From positions 2,795,124 through 2,859,123 of the forward strand of contig CM082586.2 of NCBI GenBank assembly GCA_040954595.2: a stretch of 64,000 bases of DNA, read 5' to 3'. A program made the position numbers and the translations under genes. This document shows positions 1-13,200 of the stretch, piece by piece (position 1 is the stretch's first letter; each line of letters opens with the position of its first letter). Under the pieces are notes generated by a model that was given only the letters and a program-made list of their open reading frames with translations, was not told where the DNA came from and did no database searches. The DNA is from Balanoglossus misakiensis (Eukaryota; Animalia; Hemichordata).

Positions 1-700
1 CACTTGAATGAAGCTCAGCTGATCATGAGATTTGAGATTGTCAGTTTCCACTTTCTTATAAAAAACTGCTAGCACTTTTAGTTCAGATTTTCTGGGGCAA
101 ATTATTATTTTGATTCATGTGTTATCAGGATAGTTTTGTTTTTATAGAAGTCTAGTCTGCCTCACAAGCAAAAAACAGACCAACCATTGTTGAATAGTTT
201 CTTGTGTATTTTCCCCCATGTATCAGTTTTAATGTAAGAACTTAGACAATCCGAAATGAATGTATCTTCTGCCTTGGTATTATGTTTGTAGGAAATGTCA
301 TGGTTGAAGAGATTTTAGAAAGCAGTAGCATATTTCATACCAAGGACTGCATTTGGAGTGACCATATCATTTAATCAGAGAGGGTGCTATTTGATGAAAG
401 AAAAAACTTAAAAATTAATTGGAGACAAAGGGCTTTATCTGTGGCAGAATATTCCTTCAGTTAATCAACGTTTTTCAGCAACCACTGCACTGTGCCTCAG
501 TTTTGCATCATGTACAGATAATAATTATCTGAAGGCTTGTATTTTCTTATGCAGTACTGTCAAGCAGGATTGGGTTTGTTAATGTTAATTCTCTGCACAG
601 TTGGTATATCCAAGACGTTTGTGTTTCACCTTGTTTTTTATGAGTTTAGGGGAAAATAAAGTTTTTATCGTTTGAATGTAAGGTATATTGCGTTTCGAAA
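1..700 (+). other. Probable 3' UTR end of an upstream gene outside the window
   Basis: AT/T-rich with no ORF. AATAAA at 655-660 is followed by T/GT-rich sequence, and composition shifts to CpG-containing sequence afterwards. Confidence 0.35.
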
Positions 701-1199
701 TCATTTTGATATATGTTCGCGTGACTTTGGCCATACCTCATTGTGATTATGACGAGAGTTTATTGCCCTCAATCTGAGCTCAACCAAGCAATTCCCCAAG
801 GCAGTCCTTTACGACTCGACTCTGTTTATTCTAAAACAACCAGGCAAAGCGCAGGTCTGCTAAGGTCATGGCCCGAAGCGACCTCCAATAACAATGTTAA
901 TAACGGTGCGCTGAAGTTTTTGTCCGACTGATCGCATTCACCTGGTGACGACCTGCTCAATGAACAGTATCTAGGCTTTAAAAGTAAATATGCATACCCT
1001 CACTGACACAATTCGTGCTGCCAAGACATCGACGGGTATAATAAACAACGGTAACTGGCTGAGTGGAGTGTGTTTCTTACCACTGGGCGCAACAACTCCA
1101 GAACGTCAGCGCACTTGAACTACAACGACTGTATATCTTTGCTCCGAAAACTCATTTTTGTTAATACATGTATCTACGTACTGTCCTCAGCCACGTCTT

Positions 1200-1300
1200 A
1201 AAATCGCAATTTTCATAAGCGTCTACACTGTCACCTGCCTGTCGGTGCATCAATAGAACAAACCTATGGGACCTAGGGACGATCAGATTTGATCATTGTG
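1200..1300 (+). other. Probable 5' non-coding exon of the ZU5-death domain gene, containing a short uORF (1266-1292)
   Basis: Strong donor GTG|gtaagt at 1300/1301 and acceptor (pyrimidine tract..ttgaag|) at 2292 upstream of the ATG. ATG GGA CCT AGG GAC GAT CAG ATT TGA lies in the exon. The 5' boundary is approximate. Confidence 0.45.
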
Positions 1301-2379
1301 GTAAGTTGTCCAGTGTGCTTTGATACCACAACTCTACGATTCCATTCCGTAATTTGATTCAGTTATTCTTATATAAGATGATATTACTTTCATTTTATCA
1401 CATGCTAGAATAGTTTTACCTTTTGCTCAACAAACAAGGGGCATGGAAATGCATACAAAAGACCATATTCATCGTTTTATTTTCATTTACTCCACACACG
1501 ATACGATATACGAGTCTTTGATTCGATTCTCGTTAGCACGTCGTGAAGGACAACACATCGACGCTACAATAGATATTGTCCTGTCATTCTTTGTGGCCGC
1601 AGTCACGCTAGTGGGACAACAATTCAAGGGTGTTCAACCGTATCAATACCTCCAGTCGGACCGATTCAGGTCAAATGAGAATATGAAAAAATAAGTAATG
1701 CATTAATGACTATATGATGAGAGTTATTACCCAAATTGGCCAAAACTGCCGGAATTAAAGCCGTGACTGTGAAGCTTGAACCTCAAATTGAAAGCTCGTG
1801 GGCTAAAAACCACGCAATCGACGTCGTTTATTACCCCATGAAAAGTATGAAAAGCGTAAAAAGAGCATCGGAAATCACAATATAAGCTTTATGGGGCCAG
1901 TGATCCTCGACGCCATCTTGACGGCCCATATTGAAAATATACAGCCAGGCTGAAGTCAACAAAAGTTAAATTAAACTTTACATGTTGACAATAAATCTGT
2001 CTTAAGTCGAAACACATGCTATAATTACACACATAGCTACGAAAAGTGTCTCTGTAACTGTTTGCTCATGATCTCGGTGTTGCGACGGATCAGGTACCGC
2101 AGATATGCGGAGATTTGGTTAAAGTCGCCTTAGGGAAGACATAATAAAATATCCAAGCAACCGACATAGATTCACATGTGCCTACTCATTGTTGCATCAC
2201 TGAAATCAGGCGATTATAATCTCTGTCAACCAATGTCGAGATTGTTAACTAACAACTGCTGACAAATTCATATTTTTCTATTTAATTTGAAGGTCGGGCG
2301 ATTATTGCACATTTGGCACCAACAGCCGAAAGAGAACCATTGGATCTTAACCAGAAGAGGTATACAGCCTACAAGCAAG

Positions 2380-5300
2380 ATGGCGTCCGCGAATTTTGAA
2401 CCGATCGTCATTCCAAGTCGTTGGCAAGGAGACACCCCGCCCGAGCTTCAGACATCCGTCCGATTGACCGATGAAGACTACATTCAGATGGGGGAGAAAT
2501 TACAGATGATGCTGTCCGCTTTCGACTCCAGAAAACGATCAAGGCCGCACGCCGTGGACGAGATGAAACGCTTCTTCTTGACAGAAGGACAGGGCGATGT
2601 GCCCGGGCTTTTCCCGGAGATCCATCCTCAAATTGCGGAGTCCGAAAAGTGGGAGGACGGCTATGGTCGCGAGGTTGCGCTTCTTCCCCCGGTCAAGACG
2701 ACGCGGTTGCCATGGAGAAGAAAGAAGGCCGACACGGTGGAGAAATCGAAAGCCCACGACAAGCATCGTCCGGCGATTTTGAACCTGGTGCAGAGAAAAC
2801 AGTCTCAACTGAGCAACATCGAAGAGAAATGGGACGACTTTCTGGCGGAGGAGGTAGAAGAGTTCTTATCGGGGATGAAGGCAGCGATACAGGCGAAGAG
2901 AAAAATGATTCTAGGGAAACGCGTGGAGGCGGTGTGGGAGGTAACAAGGTGTCGAGAGCACTTAAAGAAAGCGAAGGACAGACGGGCAAGTCAACTGAAG
3001 ACGTTCGAGAAGATCTACTGCGACATCTTCGACTTGAGAGAGGACCTCAAGAAGCAGCTGTCGCTGATGAAAACCGACTTGGCCAGACACGACGACTACA
3101 AGAAGATAATGAAAGAGCTGGACGCTTGGACGAAGATGATCAAGTACAGCAAGCGCAACCGACAGGCGGTGATTCTCCACAAACAGGTGAAAGAATCGGT
3201 TTCTGTCGGGAAAGGGAAGTGTGGGGGCATACTCAGCGTGGTGTCATTTTCTTTGGACAGCGCCAGGAAAATTTTGGAACACATATCAGCGGTCTGGTCG
3301 CTCTCTGCGTTCTTTCCGAGGCAAATGAGAAATGGTAAGTATAGGATGATTACAATTCTACCTATTTTGTCCAGGCTGGCCATTGTTTGAACCGGCGCAG
3401 TGGTTTGAATTAATATGCTCGCCGTTTCCCAAGTTTCGGTCACATGCGTCTTACATACCGAGTCTGCCTATTCCTGATTGATTATTCAGAAAAAAGATAT
3501 CCAAGCTAGTATTGTTGTCGACATATTTTTGTTTGCAGAATATGTCACCGAGGCGCTTGGCAAAACCGTGGTTGAGGTTCGTAAAACAGTGAGCTCGGGG
3601 TCGGGGAATAGCGGGAGGGTTTATAAAACTGAACTGTCGGCCATGTCATTGATGGATCGGAACGGAGGATTTCTGAGCGTCGACGGCAGCGGCGTTCACG
3701 TCTTCGTTCCCCCGCACGACCACTTCGGCGAGAGCCAAGAAGTCTTCCTGGCGCTGGCCACCGACTCGGCGTCGGACGCCACAGTGCCGTCGAAGATGTC
3801 CCCGCTGGCGCAGATCGACGTCTCGCCCGTCGTTCGCGTGGGACCCGCAGGGCTGAACCTGGACCAGGTGGCGATTCTCACCATACCGCACTGCTTGCCG
3901 GAGCCATCGAAATGGAAAGTGTTCCTCAAGATAAAAGAGGACAACGCGGAAGGAGACAGGAAATGGGAGCTGGCGAATCACGACGACACGCAGATCCTGG
4001 TCAGGGACCATGACGTCGTCGTCCTCATCGACAGAGCGGGCAGTTTCAAAGTCGTGGCCGAGCCAGTCGTCTTCAGCGGGTACCCAACCAAATCGGTGTG
4101 TGTTGGGTCATTCTTTTCACCAAAGCAACGTCAACAGGACACAGGCGTTTCTGAATTTCGACTTCACGTATGGAACGACACTCCATCACATTCCAAGGTA
4201 CAAAAAATAAATCTTCCATGATTTATCTCGAACTCGCGAGAAGTTGCAAAGCTATTGCTCTTTCCTTCTTTCTAAAGTTTTGCCAAAATTTTACACGAAA
4301 CTTTCGACGCTTCATGAATGCACAACTCTTTATCTCGTGACTGAAATGTAGAATTAAGAGAGTAAAACTAAACTTGCCGGTTTTTGTTTTACTTTTACAA
4401 AGATTGTGAAATTCCTGGAAAAACAGCAGTTTGGAGGAGTTATTTCTCATGCTGGATCCATATTGTTACACTCGAAGGGAAGTGACGTCTCAGCCGCCAT
4501 TACGGGTACATCGGCAGATTGGGACGTGTGTGACGACAGCAGAAACAGAGTAAGATTCTAGATTAGTATCCTATATTGGCTTAGAACTTCTCCAAGTTTC
4601 AACAGTGCTAGCATGTGAAAGCGAGCTAGATATACACGTAAATCTAATGATAGGTTGACTGTAGTATTTTGTACACATTTCAGAAGTTCGCTCTATCGAA
4701 AGTCTGGCCACTGGCCGACACGTCGGGGTTCCATCAAGTGTTCCGCGTCAAGAATTTGTCTGACGACATCAGAGTTGACGATCGACGGGCGTATCTTGTT
4801 GTAAACCAAGACAAAACACCATTGCCAGCCACGCCGCTTCTGCTCAAACACGCCGAATCACAAAATGCCGTGAGTACCAAGAAACCCGAGTTCACTTTTT
4901 AAGCCAGCTGGTCCGTTATAGTCTTGATCTAGCTTCTAAGAACTTGATGACAAGAATTAACACAGAATGGAACGATAACAGAAGTGAGTAACATTAAAAT
5001 GATTTCTATTCAACAGGTGGAAAAGGTGGCACTGGTTAATTCTGGCGAGGATATTGATTATTCAGAGGCGCCGACACATTTACACCTGGCGACCAGGCGG
5101 GAGACCTATCACGTGATACCCGAGGAAGATTTCCAGGAATTGTGCGAGATTTTGGACACGAGGGACGACAGCCGAAGAACGGCCATTCCTCCAGACTGGA
5201 GAGGTTTGGCCCTGGCTTACGATCTGGAACTGCTGCACGTCATTCCGTGGGTGGAAAGACGGCTGAACAACAGCCCGACGAGCGTGGTCTGTAACTTCAT

Positions 5301-5742
5301 CATCGGCGAGGAGTTCAGAGAGAACAAGTCGACCTTGGAAATCAGGGAGGATCTGTGGCAGCTCTGCGTCAAGATCCAGGCCACAGAAGCTGCGGAGGCC
5401 GTTGAGGGCGTCACGGTTCTAAGAGAGGAGGATATCCCGAGCGTGGCGGTCATCCTGACGGAGGCAGAGGTCGACAGCGCTGTGGAAGCAAAACTGAACG
5501 CACCCGAAGAGTCGGACGACGCCGATGTGGAAAGAGGGGACGATGGAACGGCAGAGGACGATTCCAGTGACGTCGACGCCGACGAGTTACCTGCTCACAA
5601 AATGCTGAGGAAGTGGATTGACAGGAGAGCGTCAGCCGGCCAGCGCGCAACGTTGGCGGAGCTGCTAGATGCCGTGGATGCAGTCGACAACGCGGACAAA
5701 GAGATCAAGACTCGCGTGGAGAAAGCCCTCAATATCACTTGA
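2380..5742 (+). CDS. Cytosolic coiled-coil + ZU5 + UPA + tandem death domain protein (UNC5C-like/UNC5CL-type module), ~890 aa, 5 coding exons
   Basis: Exons 2380-3334, 3539-4197, 4403-4549, 4684-4869 and 5017-5742 have GT-AG boundaries and consistent phases (2673 nt). ATG is in good context (caagATGG). ZU5: MDRNGGFLSV..GVHVFVPP..VSPVVRVGPAGLNLDQVAILTIPHC. UPA: FRLHVWNDTP..LEKQQFGG. Death domain: ELCEILD..DWRGLA..SPT. No signal peptide or TM segment seen. AATAAA at 6011. Confidence 0.85.
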
Positions 5743-7260
5743 GGCCACTTTGTTTTTCAAATGACCTCTACACTGAACTTTTACTCTTTCACTGGCACGA
5801 CGACCGCCCACCAAAATACCAGTCAAGTAAAAAAAAAACACTTGGTCGACCTTCAGATCATTCTAATGAGAATGGTTGAATACCAATCGTTAGTAGTAGA
5901 TACTGTTTCACAGAGAAGATGAAATGTAAACATTTTACCATCATGGAAAACAAATTCATTATGCGACCGACGTAAAGATTAAGATGTAACTTAAGTTACA
6001 TATATTATACAATAAAGTTAAATAATTGCACACCATTTTTCCTAGTAATTTGACAGCGTAAAAAACAGGTGTGTGTCTGGATTTTTCCTCCACCAACCCC
6101 TCACAAACCACATGGTCATCACCCAACGAAACTATAGTTCATTGACCCAGTAGGTCTCCTGACCCCAAGTGCTGACTTGGATGATTTGGAAATGTGTTTG
6201 TCACCGACGGTTTCTCCAACAACAAAGATAAGCTTTAACCTTTACGGAAATCGCACGATAACCTTACACATATGTAACCAAATCCGAAATTACCGTAACA
6301 ATCATAGCAATAGCTCAATTATGACACTGTATATCGACACTACTTATTCCTTCCATCGTGCATTTGTTCAAAACTTTCGTACCTGAAACATGTAGGTCTA
6401 ATTTGCATATTGTTGGTTCTGTGTTATTAATTTGCATAATACCAATATCTTGGAGCAATGTTTACAGTATTAAAGATAAGGACAGGTGATGTGTGGAAGT
6501 CAAGAGATGAACTATCGAGGGCACTTGCGTATCAAACATTTTGCAGACCAGATGTTTGTTTGAAGCGATCGGTTTACCAAGAAGAGATAGCCCGTTCAAA
6601 CAAAAACTACTGAGCATCATCAACACGATTTGCATTGTCGTCACCGAACACCAACCGAGCCATTGTCCTCTAAAACTTATTGTCCTCCAGTGAAAAACAA
6701 ACAAACAATCAAGCAACCTCAGCAATTCCTAGTAATTGATGTCAGCGATATTTGCTCAAACGTCCCCATTTCAGACAAATTGACCAATCGGCCTTAGCGA
6801 TTCCACTACAGGAATCATTAAAACTTGATGACCGGAAATTGGCGCTCTATTTAAAGGCAGCCACACCGAGGTTGCACAGGCAGTCCCTGGATCGACAGCA
6901 GACCCAGGCCGTGCAGAGCTGAAGAGTACATTAAGTAGGTATGTATTATTTTCCTACGGGCATAAAAAGTTTGTTTTGTAAGTTTCTTTTTGTTACAAAC
7001 AGAGTAGAGAGTTCTCTGGAATATATATGCATGCGCAGAGAAGGGAGGTACCATGTAGAGCGATTTTGCCGTAAGGTATTTTGCACATTTTTTCAGATTT
7101 CGCCAGAACTGGCAGCGCTCTCTTGCGCCAATTTGCTTGTAGTTTATAATATTGAGCTGTCGGGACAAACCTGTCCACTCTCTGCCTTGTCCACTGTCGT
7201 TTTGTCCGCATGTGCCAGACAATCTCAGTGTGTCTTTCATGATCAGGTTAATCAAGAAGA

Positions 7261-10200
7261 ATGGCTCGAGAGCAGCAGAAGTTCTTCGCTCTACTTCTGG
7301 TGTCGTTTGCCCTGATACCGCACGTGAAGCTGTCGGATCCGTATTCGTTCGGTAAGAGACAACTTTGAATTTTGCTTTCACGAGTCAACGCTCTGCCCAC
7401 GGTCACCCACACCACCGAATGTCGTGCACTTGTGGTTCACAAAAAAATGACAGCAGGGTCACCTTGACCACGAGCACTGCAGATGCCTTGACCAATCTCT
7501 AGAGTTACACTGCAAATCGAACCAAACAAGTTTGACACCAGCCACTGCACAACCCCACTACTAGTGGTAGACAGGCAATCAAACCTCGCACTTATCAGAG
7601 ATTTTTGCCAAGTTGGTCAGACTCTCTTTAATATGTTGCTTGATTCGATTCAATGAGGATGCTCATGTCAACATCCAGATGTGCGAATACATGTAGTTGT
7701 TTTCGCTCTGTAGCCATAGCTAATATAGACATTAGAACAATTATGTTAACATAGTGATGCATTGATTTCGAGCTGGTTTTCGATCCCCTGATCTCGAATT
7801 CACTCTAATCAACTATGCCGTGACCACGTAACATTGTTTGTTTTCAACACAGCGATATCAGAGCCAGTTGTTTTGTGTATCATCATAGACAGACCGCTGT
7901 CTACGGCATCATTCAATCATTCACTGCAGATCAGGAACGATTTTGGTGACGAACTGATGACGTGTGCTTGATCATAGACAAGGCTATGTTTTTTATCATG
8001 GCTGCACAATGGTCCGGCACACCTGTTGACTGTAGTGCTTTTGCACGGAATCGTAGCTTTGTGTGACGTCAGAGAGCGGGTACAGACCCAATGGATGAAC
8101 ATGTAGATACGCGAGATAAACAGGCAGGGGTTATCAGAAACCAGTGTCTGGACGGATGTGATCACGCAAGGTAGAAACGGCCGATGTATCTTATCAGCAA
8201 AGGGGCGCCTTGGAGATAGTATCATATTTACACGAGAACATTTATCATTAGTCAGTTGGCCAGTTATCAGCGAGTGATTAGAATGCGACGTCAGCCAAAC
8301 GTTTAATAATCTCAGGCATCTATTAATCAAGTCTTGCAAGATCTCACAATAAGCCGAAAATCGTCAGTTGCTAGGGAATATCTAATTCTGCACTTTTGTT
8401 TTTCACTCCCGAAGAGCATGATGGGAAAGCCTATACGGTACACCTTGATGAGGTCACTTGGAAAGAAGCCTATGATTTGTGCAAGGCGGAATTGTCAGTG
8501 TTGGCCAAAGTTCCCGACCAAGAAACGCAGGACGCCATCGCCGGCTATCTGGGCAGCGATGAAGCGTTTTCGTCAGGTAAGATTCCCCAAACCATATTGA
8601 AAATGATATCGCGACGACGGTCCAATATGTCTTCCCAAGACGTCTGAGTATATTGTCCTCAACGGTATTCTTTGAGAGAGTTTGTGATCTGCATTTCAGG
8701 GAGCTTTTGGATCGACTTGCGTGACACGGACGAAGAGGGCGTATGGAAGGACTCGGAGGGAGATGAACAAACATTCACAGCCTGGACCGCCGGCGAGCCC
8801 AACAACGGTGGTTATGAAACCAACCGGGAAAACTGTGCTCATTTGTCGTGGTAAAGTAAAAAAACAAATATTGTGTTTTCTATTAAAAAAAAGAAAGAAA
8901 GAAAAAGAAATCCTTATGAAACACACTGGAACCAGAACAGTTATCGTTTTATCATCGTGATGGGTCCCCGACCCCGCAAAACAGTCACCAAAACGATTTT
9001 AAAGTCATTGACTTCCTAGCAGTGACACTTGGCCAACACTTTCACAATGTCTTCACGTACTTCTGCACACAGGGAACACAACTTCCTATGGAATGACCTA
9101 AAATGCAAGAGTCGCATCTACTTTATATGCCAGTCAGGTAAGTCAATTGTTGAATTATAATTTATCATCGGCTGTATAGCACTAAGATGGAATAGAATAC
9201 AGTATGTCTCATCTAAAATATGCAGAAGAATGTCGGATACAGTGATTTTGAACATTTTAGCTTCTATACCGCGCGTTGTTTCACGCAGATTCGACACCCA
9301 ACAAGTGCTACAACGAGCCAGAAGGGAATGACTACGTGGGGACCGTGTCCACGACCGTGACGGGCATCGAGTGCCAGTACTGGTCCGAGCAATATCCCCA
9401 GTCGCACGGCAACTTTAAGCCCTACCCCTCGCTGAGCGGACACAACTACTGCCGCAACCCGGAGGGCAGCGGGGACAGGACGTGGTGCTACACGACGGAC
9501 CCCGACACCAGGTGGGAGTATTGTGATGTGGGTTCCTCACGGTTTCCTTGCGATCCAGGTTTGTAGCTATGTCACCTTAAAGGCCTATGATCGCCTTATG
9601 CGCATGTGCGTAATTTCTCTGGTTTGATACATGCCCACAACACGATCTTTGACCGCGCATTAAAAGAAATAGAAAAACAATTTCCGACATCATTTTACCG
9701 AGGCTACGAAACAAAGGTCACAGATTAAGCTAATAAAGGTAAAAAATATTATGTGGGAAATTGCTTCAATCACACTTTGAAAGATTATTACACATTGCGA
9801 TGTTTTTTTCAGGGCTTGTTATGACGACCTCAATTGTCTAATTGCGTAAACGTAGTGGCATTTATCGTTTGCAAAAGACAGATGTATCATATTCAAGGGA
9901 CATTAGCTGTATCCTGTGATTATTTTTCCGGTAGTTAAGTTCTGTTCTATCAAAACAAAATTTGTTTTCAAGATGACGACCCCGAATGCTATTCAAGGTA
10001 TGATGGCGCAGACTATGCGGGTCGCGTCAATGTGACTGCAAACGGAAAAACCTGCCAGAATTGGAACGAGCAGACCCCCCACCGACACTCGTACCGGGGC
10101 GATGACTATCTCGTCGGGCACAACTACTGTCGCAATCCGAGTTTTTCTCGAAACGGGCCCTGGTGTTATACAACGAACCCCGATATTCGCTGGCAGTACT

Positions 10201-13200
10201 GTGACGTCTGCGGAGAAGGTGAGGCATCTAGACATTTTGATGTGAACAATTTTCTGGTGGAGCTGCTAAATCAAACTCAATTTGTTCTATCACAGGAAAT
10301 GTCCAACAGTAATACGTTATATACTGTGACCTGACATCGCATCATTCAACCACATCAGAATATTGATTGTGGACTATCAGGTTCAGCTGTTAGTTTCAGA
10401 AAGTCCCTTCCTAGGGGCGTTAAACTACAGCGCGACATAACGACGACACCGTGCACTTTATGTTTTGCAGGTATACCCACTGACAACATCGCCCTCAACA
10501 AGCCCGCCAGCCAGAGTAGTCTGTTCCAAGACAACGCCGTGGCAGGAAATGCTGTCGACGGCTTCAAGAGTACATACTTCGGAGACGAGTCCTGCACCCA
10601 CACTGACCTTGAAAGCGAGCCGTGGTGGAAGGTCGACCTTGAAGACACGTACTTCGTCACCGAAGTAATCATTACGAACCGCAGAGACTGCTGTGGTAAG
10701 CAATGCTTAAAGTCGATGACTTTGATTCTACACAAAAATATAAGCACGTCAATCAAATATGTAATATGATCATCAAAACAGAATGATATGCGCTTTGAAT
10801 AAAGTCGGCGGCGGCCAGGAGTAAAATGTTATACTGGTTCTTTTAATCAGCGGAGCGATTGGAAGGGGCCGTGGTACGCGTTGGTTCAAAGAGAGACGGT
10901 TCTATGAATGGACAATGTGGGGAACCAGTCAGCGCTTATGACGCTGCCGAAAAGCACATCCTATATTTCCAGTGCGACAGCGACGCTGTTGGCCGCTATG
11001 TCAGCGTTCACCTGGAAGCGAAATACCAGCATTTGACATTATGTGAGGTTGAAGTCCGAGGAACAAAGGGTGAGTTTGACAGAGTGTCTCCTGTAAACAT
11101 GTAAAACACTGTGTATTTACATGTATGCTGTGAACCGATAAAACTAACAGAAAAAGTTGGGACGGAAAATTCAAAAACGACACAAGTAGTCCAAAGCCAC
11201 GACCGCATATGCAACCCTCGAGGAAGGTGCACAGCGTGGCTATTAAATGTGAAATAATTGCAGAAAATTACTGAGATCACTGACATATGTCATAAGATTA
11301 TCTATTTCATTGTACTGCAGCTGACTTGTGGAGACATGACGGCCGCTGTGGTCCGAGATACGAGGTAGTATCCAACCTGGACGGAGAATGCAATCCCAAT
11401 TCTGTCCTCACTTGCTGCTCGGGTTATGGATGGTGTGGCGCTTCGGCTGACCATTGCGAGTGTCGCGATTGCATCGACTACACGAAAGTCGACAATGTCG
11501 ACGAAACTTCTGAAGAGGATGAAGGTAAAAAGAGCGAAGGGGGGGGGGGTGAGAGTGTTGAACACCCAACACTTTGGCTAGTTGGACACAAAACCCTACG
11601 CCTACCGACGGTGTCGCAATAAATGGCAGCGAAATTTGCACAAATGGTGCAAGCTGTACCATTGATTTTGATTTTCGTTTGCCTTTAATCCAACCCCTTA
11701 ATATTAAACATGCACCTTACATGTCTTCTTAACAGAAAAAGTGAATCTTGCCCTAAACAAAGCGACTTCACAGAGCAGCCTCCACTCGGACCGAGGGGTG
11801 GCAGACCACGCTGTTGACGGCTTCAAAAGCAGCCAATGGATTGATGGTTCGTGTTCACACACTTTGTTAGACTTTGAGCCCTGGTGGAAGGTGGACCTAG
11901 GTGACACCTACCCTATTGGCCAAGTCGTCATCACAAACAGGCGAGAGTGTTGCTGTAAGTACCATGTGGAGTTATTGGGTGTGGCTGAGGTATGTTTACT
12001 TGATTAAAAAGCTTGCTTCTGCCAGCATCATACTTTAAAATTACTCTTTGAATCAAATAATCGCTCTTACCACGAGGGTAGCATTTACATTACAGGTGCA
12101 TAATCACCTATGCAAATTTAGCTAAAATTACCAAGGGCAATTGGGATCTAGCCAATCACAGACTTTTGCGGGGTGGCCGCGCGAATAAAAGTGCGCCACT
12201 TGAAGGTCACTCGAAGATTTAGACACGCCATATATGGGCATATGTAAAAGTACTGTTGACACCTTGAACCCGCCCTTCAATCCGCAGCGGAACGTCTTGA
12301 AGGCGCTGTCATACGCACAGGAACAGAGGAGAGTATCAGAGAGAACGCCGTCTGTGGTGGCGCTGTCAGCATAGACCAAGTGACTGAGAAATCCATAACC
12401 ATCGACTGCGGCGGGCGCTTTGGTCGTTTCGTCAGTGTACAGATCGAAGGCCGAGAAGAATACCTGACACTGTGCGAAGTCGAAGTTTACGAAGCTGACG
12501 GTAATGACATATCTATTTTCATTTCCCATGGCGGGAAATGTGGTTTACCATCTACCACTATAGCCGATGCCTGAAACAAGTGGTGACCTTTCACCGACTT
12601 TCCCACATCTCGACAACCAAAGCAAAGTCAGCTTTGGCATTTGGAGGGATTGAACACCTAATATAAAGCTCGGGTTGTAATGGCTACTAATTTCATCTAT
12701 ATTGATCTACAGTAAATTGGCGAGCCGACGCACAGTGCGGTCCAGGGTTCACGGCGCCAAACGGAGTGTCTCCGGCAGAGTGTGACCCGCACGGAATTTA
12801 TCCTTGCTGTTCAACGGCCAACTGGTGCGGAATCAGCGCTGACCACTGTGAATGTTACGGTTGTATTGACTACAGAGAAGTATATGGAGGTGAGTTCACT
12901 ACAATGTCTTTGTAGAGTTCAAAAGTCCACTATACCATAGAGGGACTATGACTAACGACAGATCTGAATGTATGTGTCTGTTTGAGACCACACAACACCA
13001 CACCAAACCAAGCCAAGCCAAGCCAAGCCAAGCCAAACACTCCTTACCACATATTTCATGCCATCCCATACCATATCACATAGAATACATCTTCACAAAA
13101 TGTATCAAGTCAACAGCGTCTTATCATACAGTTCAATCCAATTCACGTTTCACAGTGCTATGTGTATGTCTCTTTCTTCTAGTATCCCAGTCACCTGTCA

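Noticed and set aside
2539-3443. Several overlapping alternative-frame and antisense ORFs (up to 229 aa)
   Set aside because: They are shadows of the GC-rich coding exon 2380-3334.
6851-7381. 176-aa minus-strand ORF over the start of the mosaic gene
   Set aside because: It has no motif and is antisense to the signal-peptide exon and leader.
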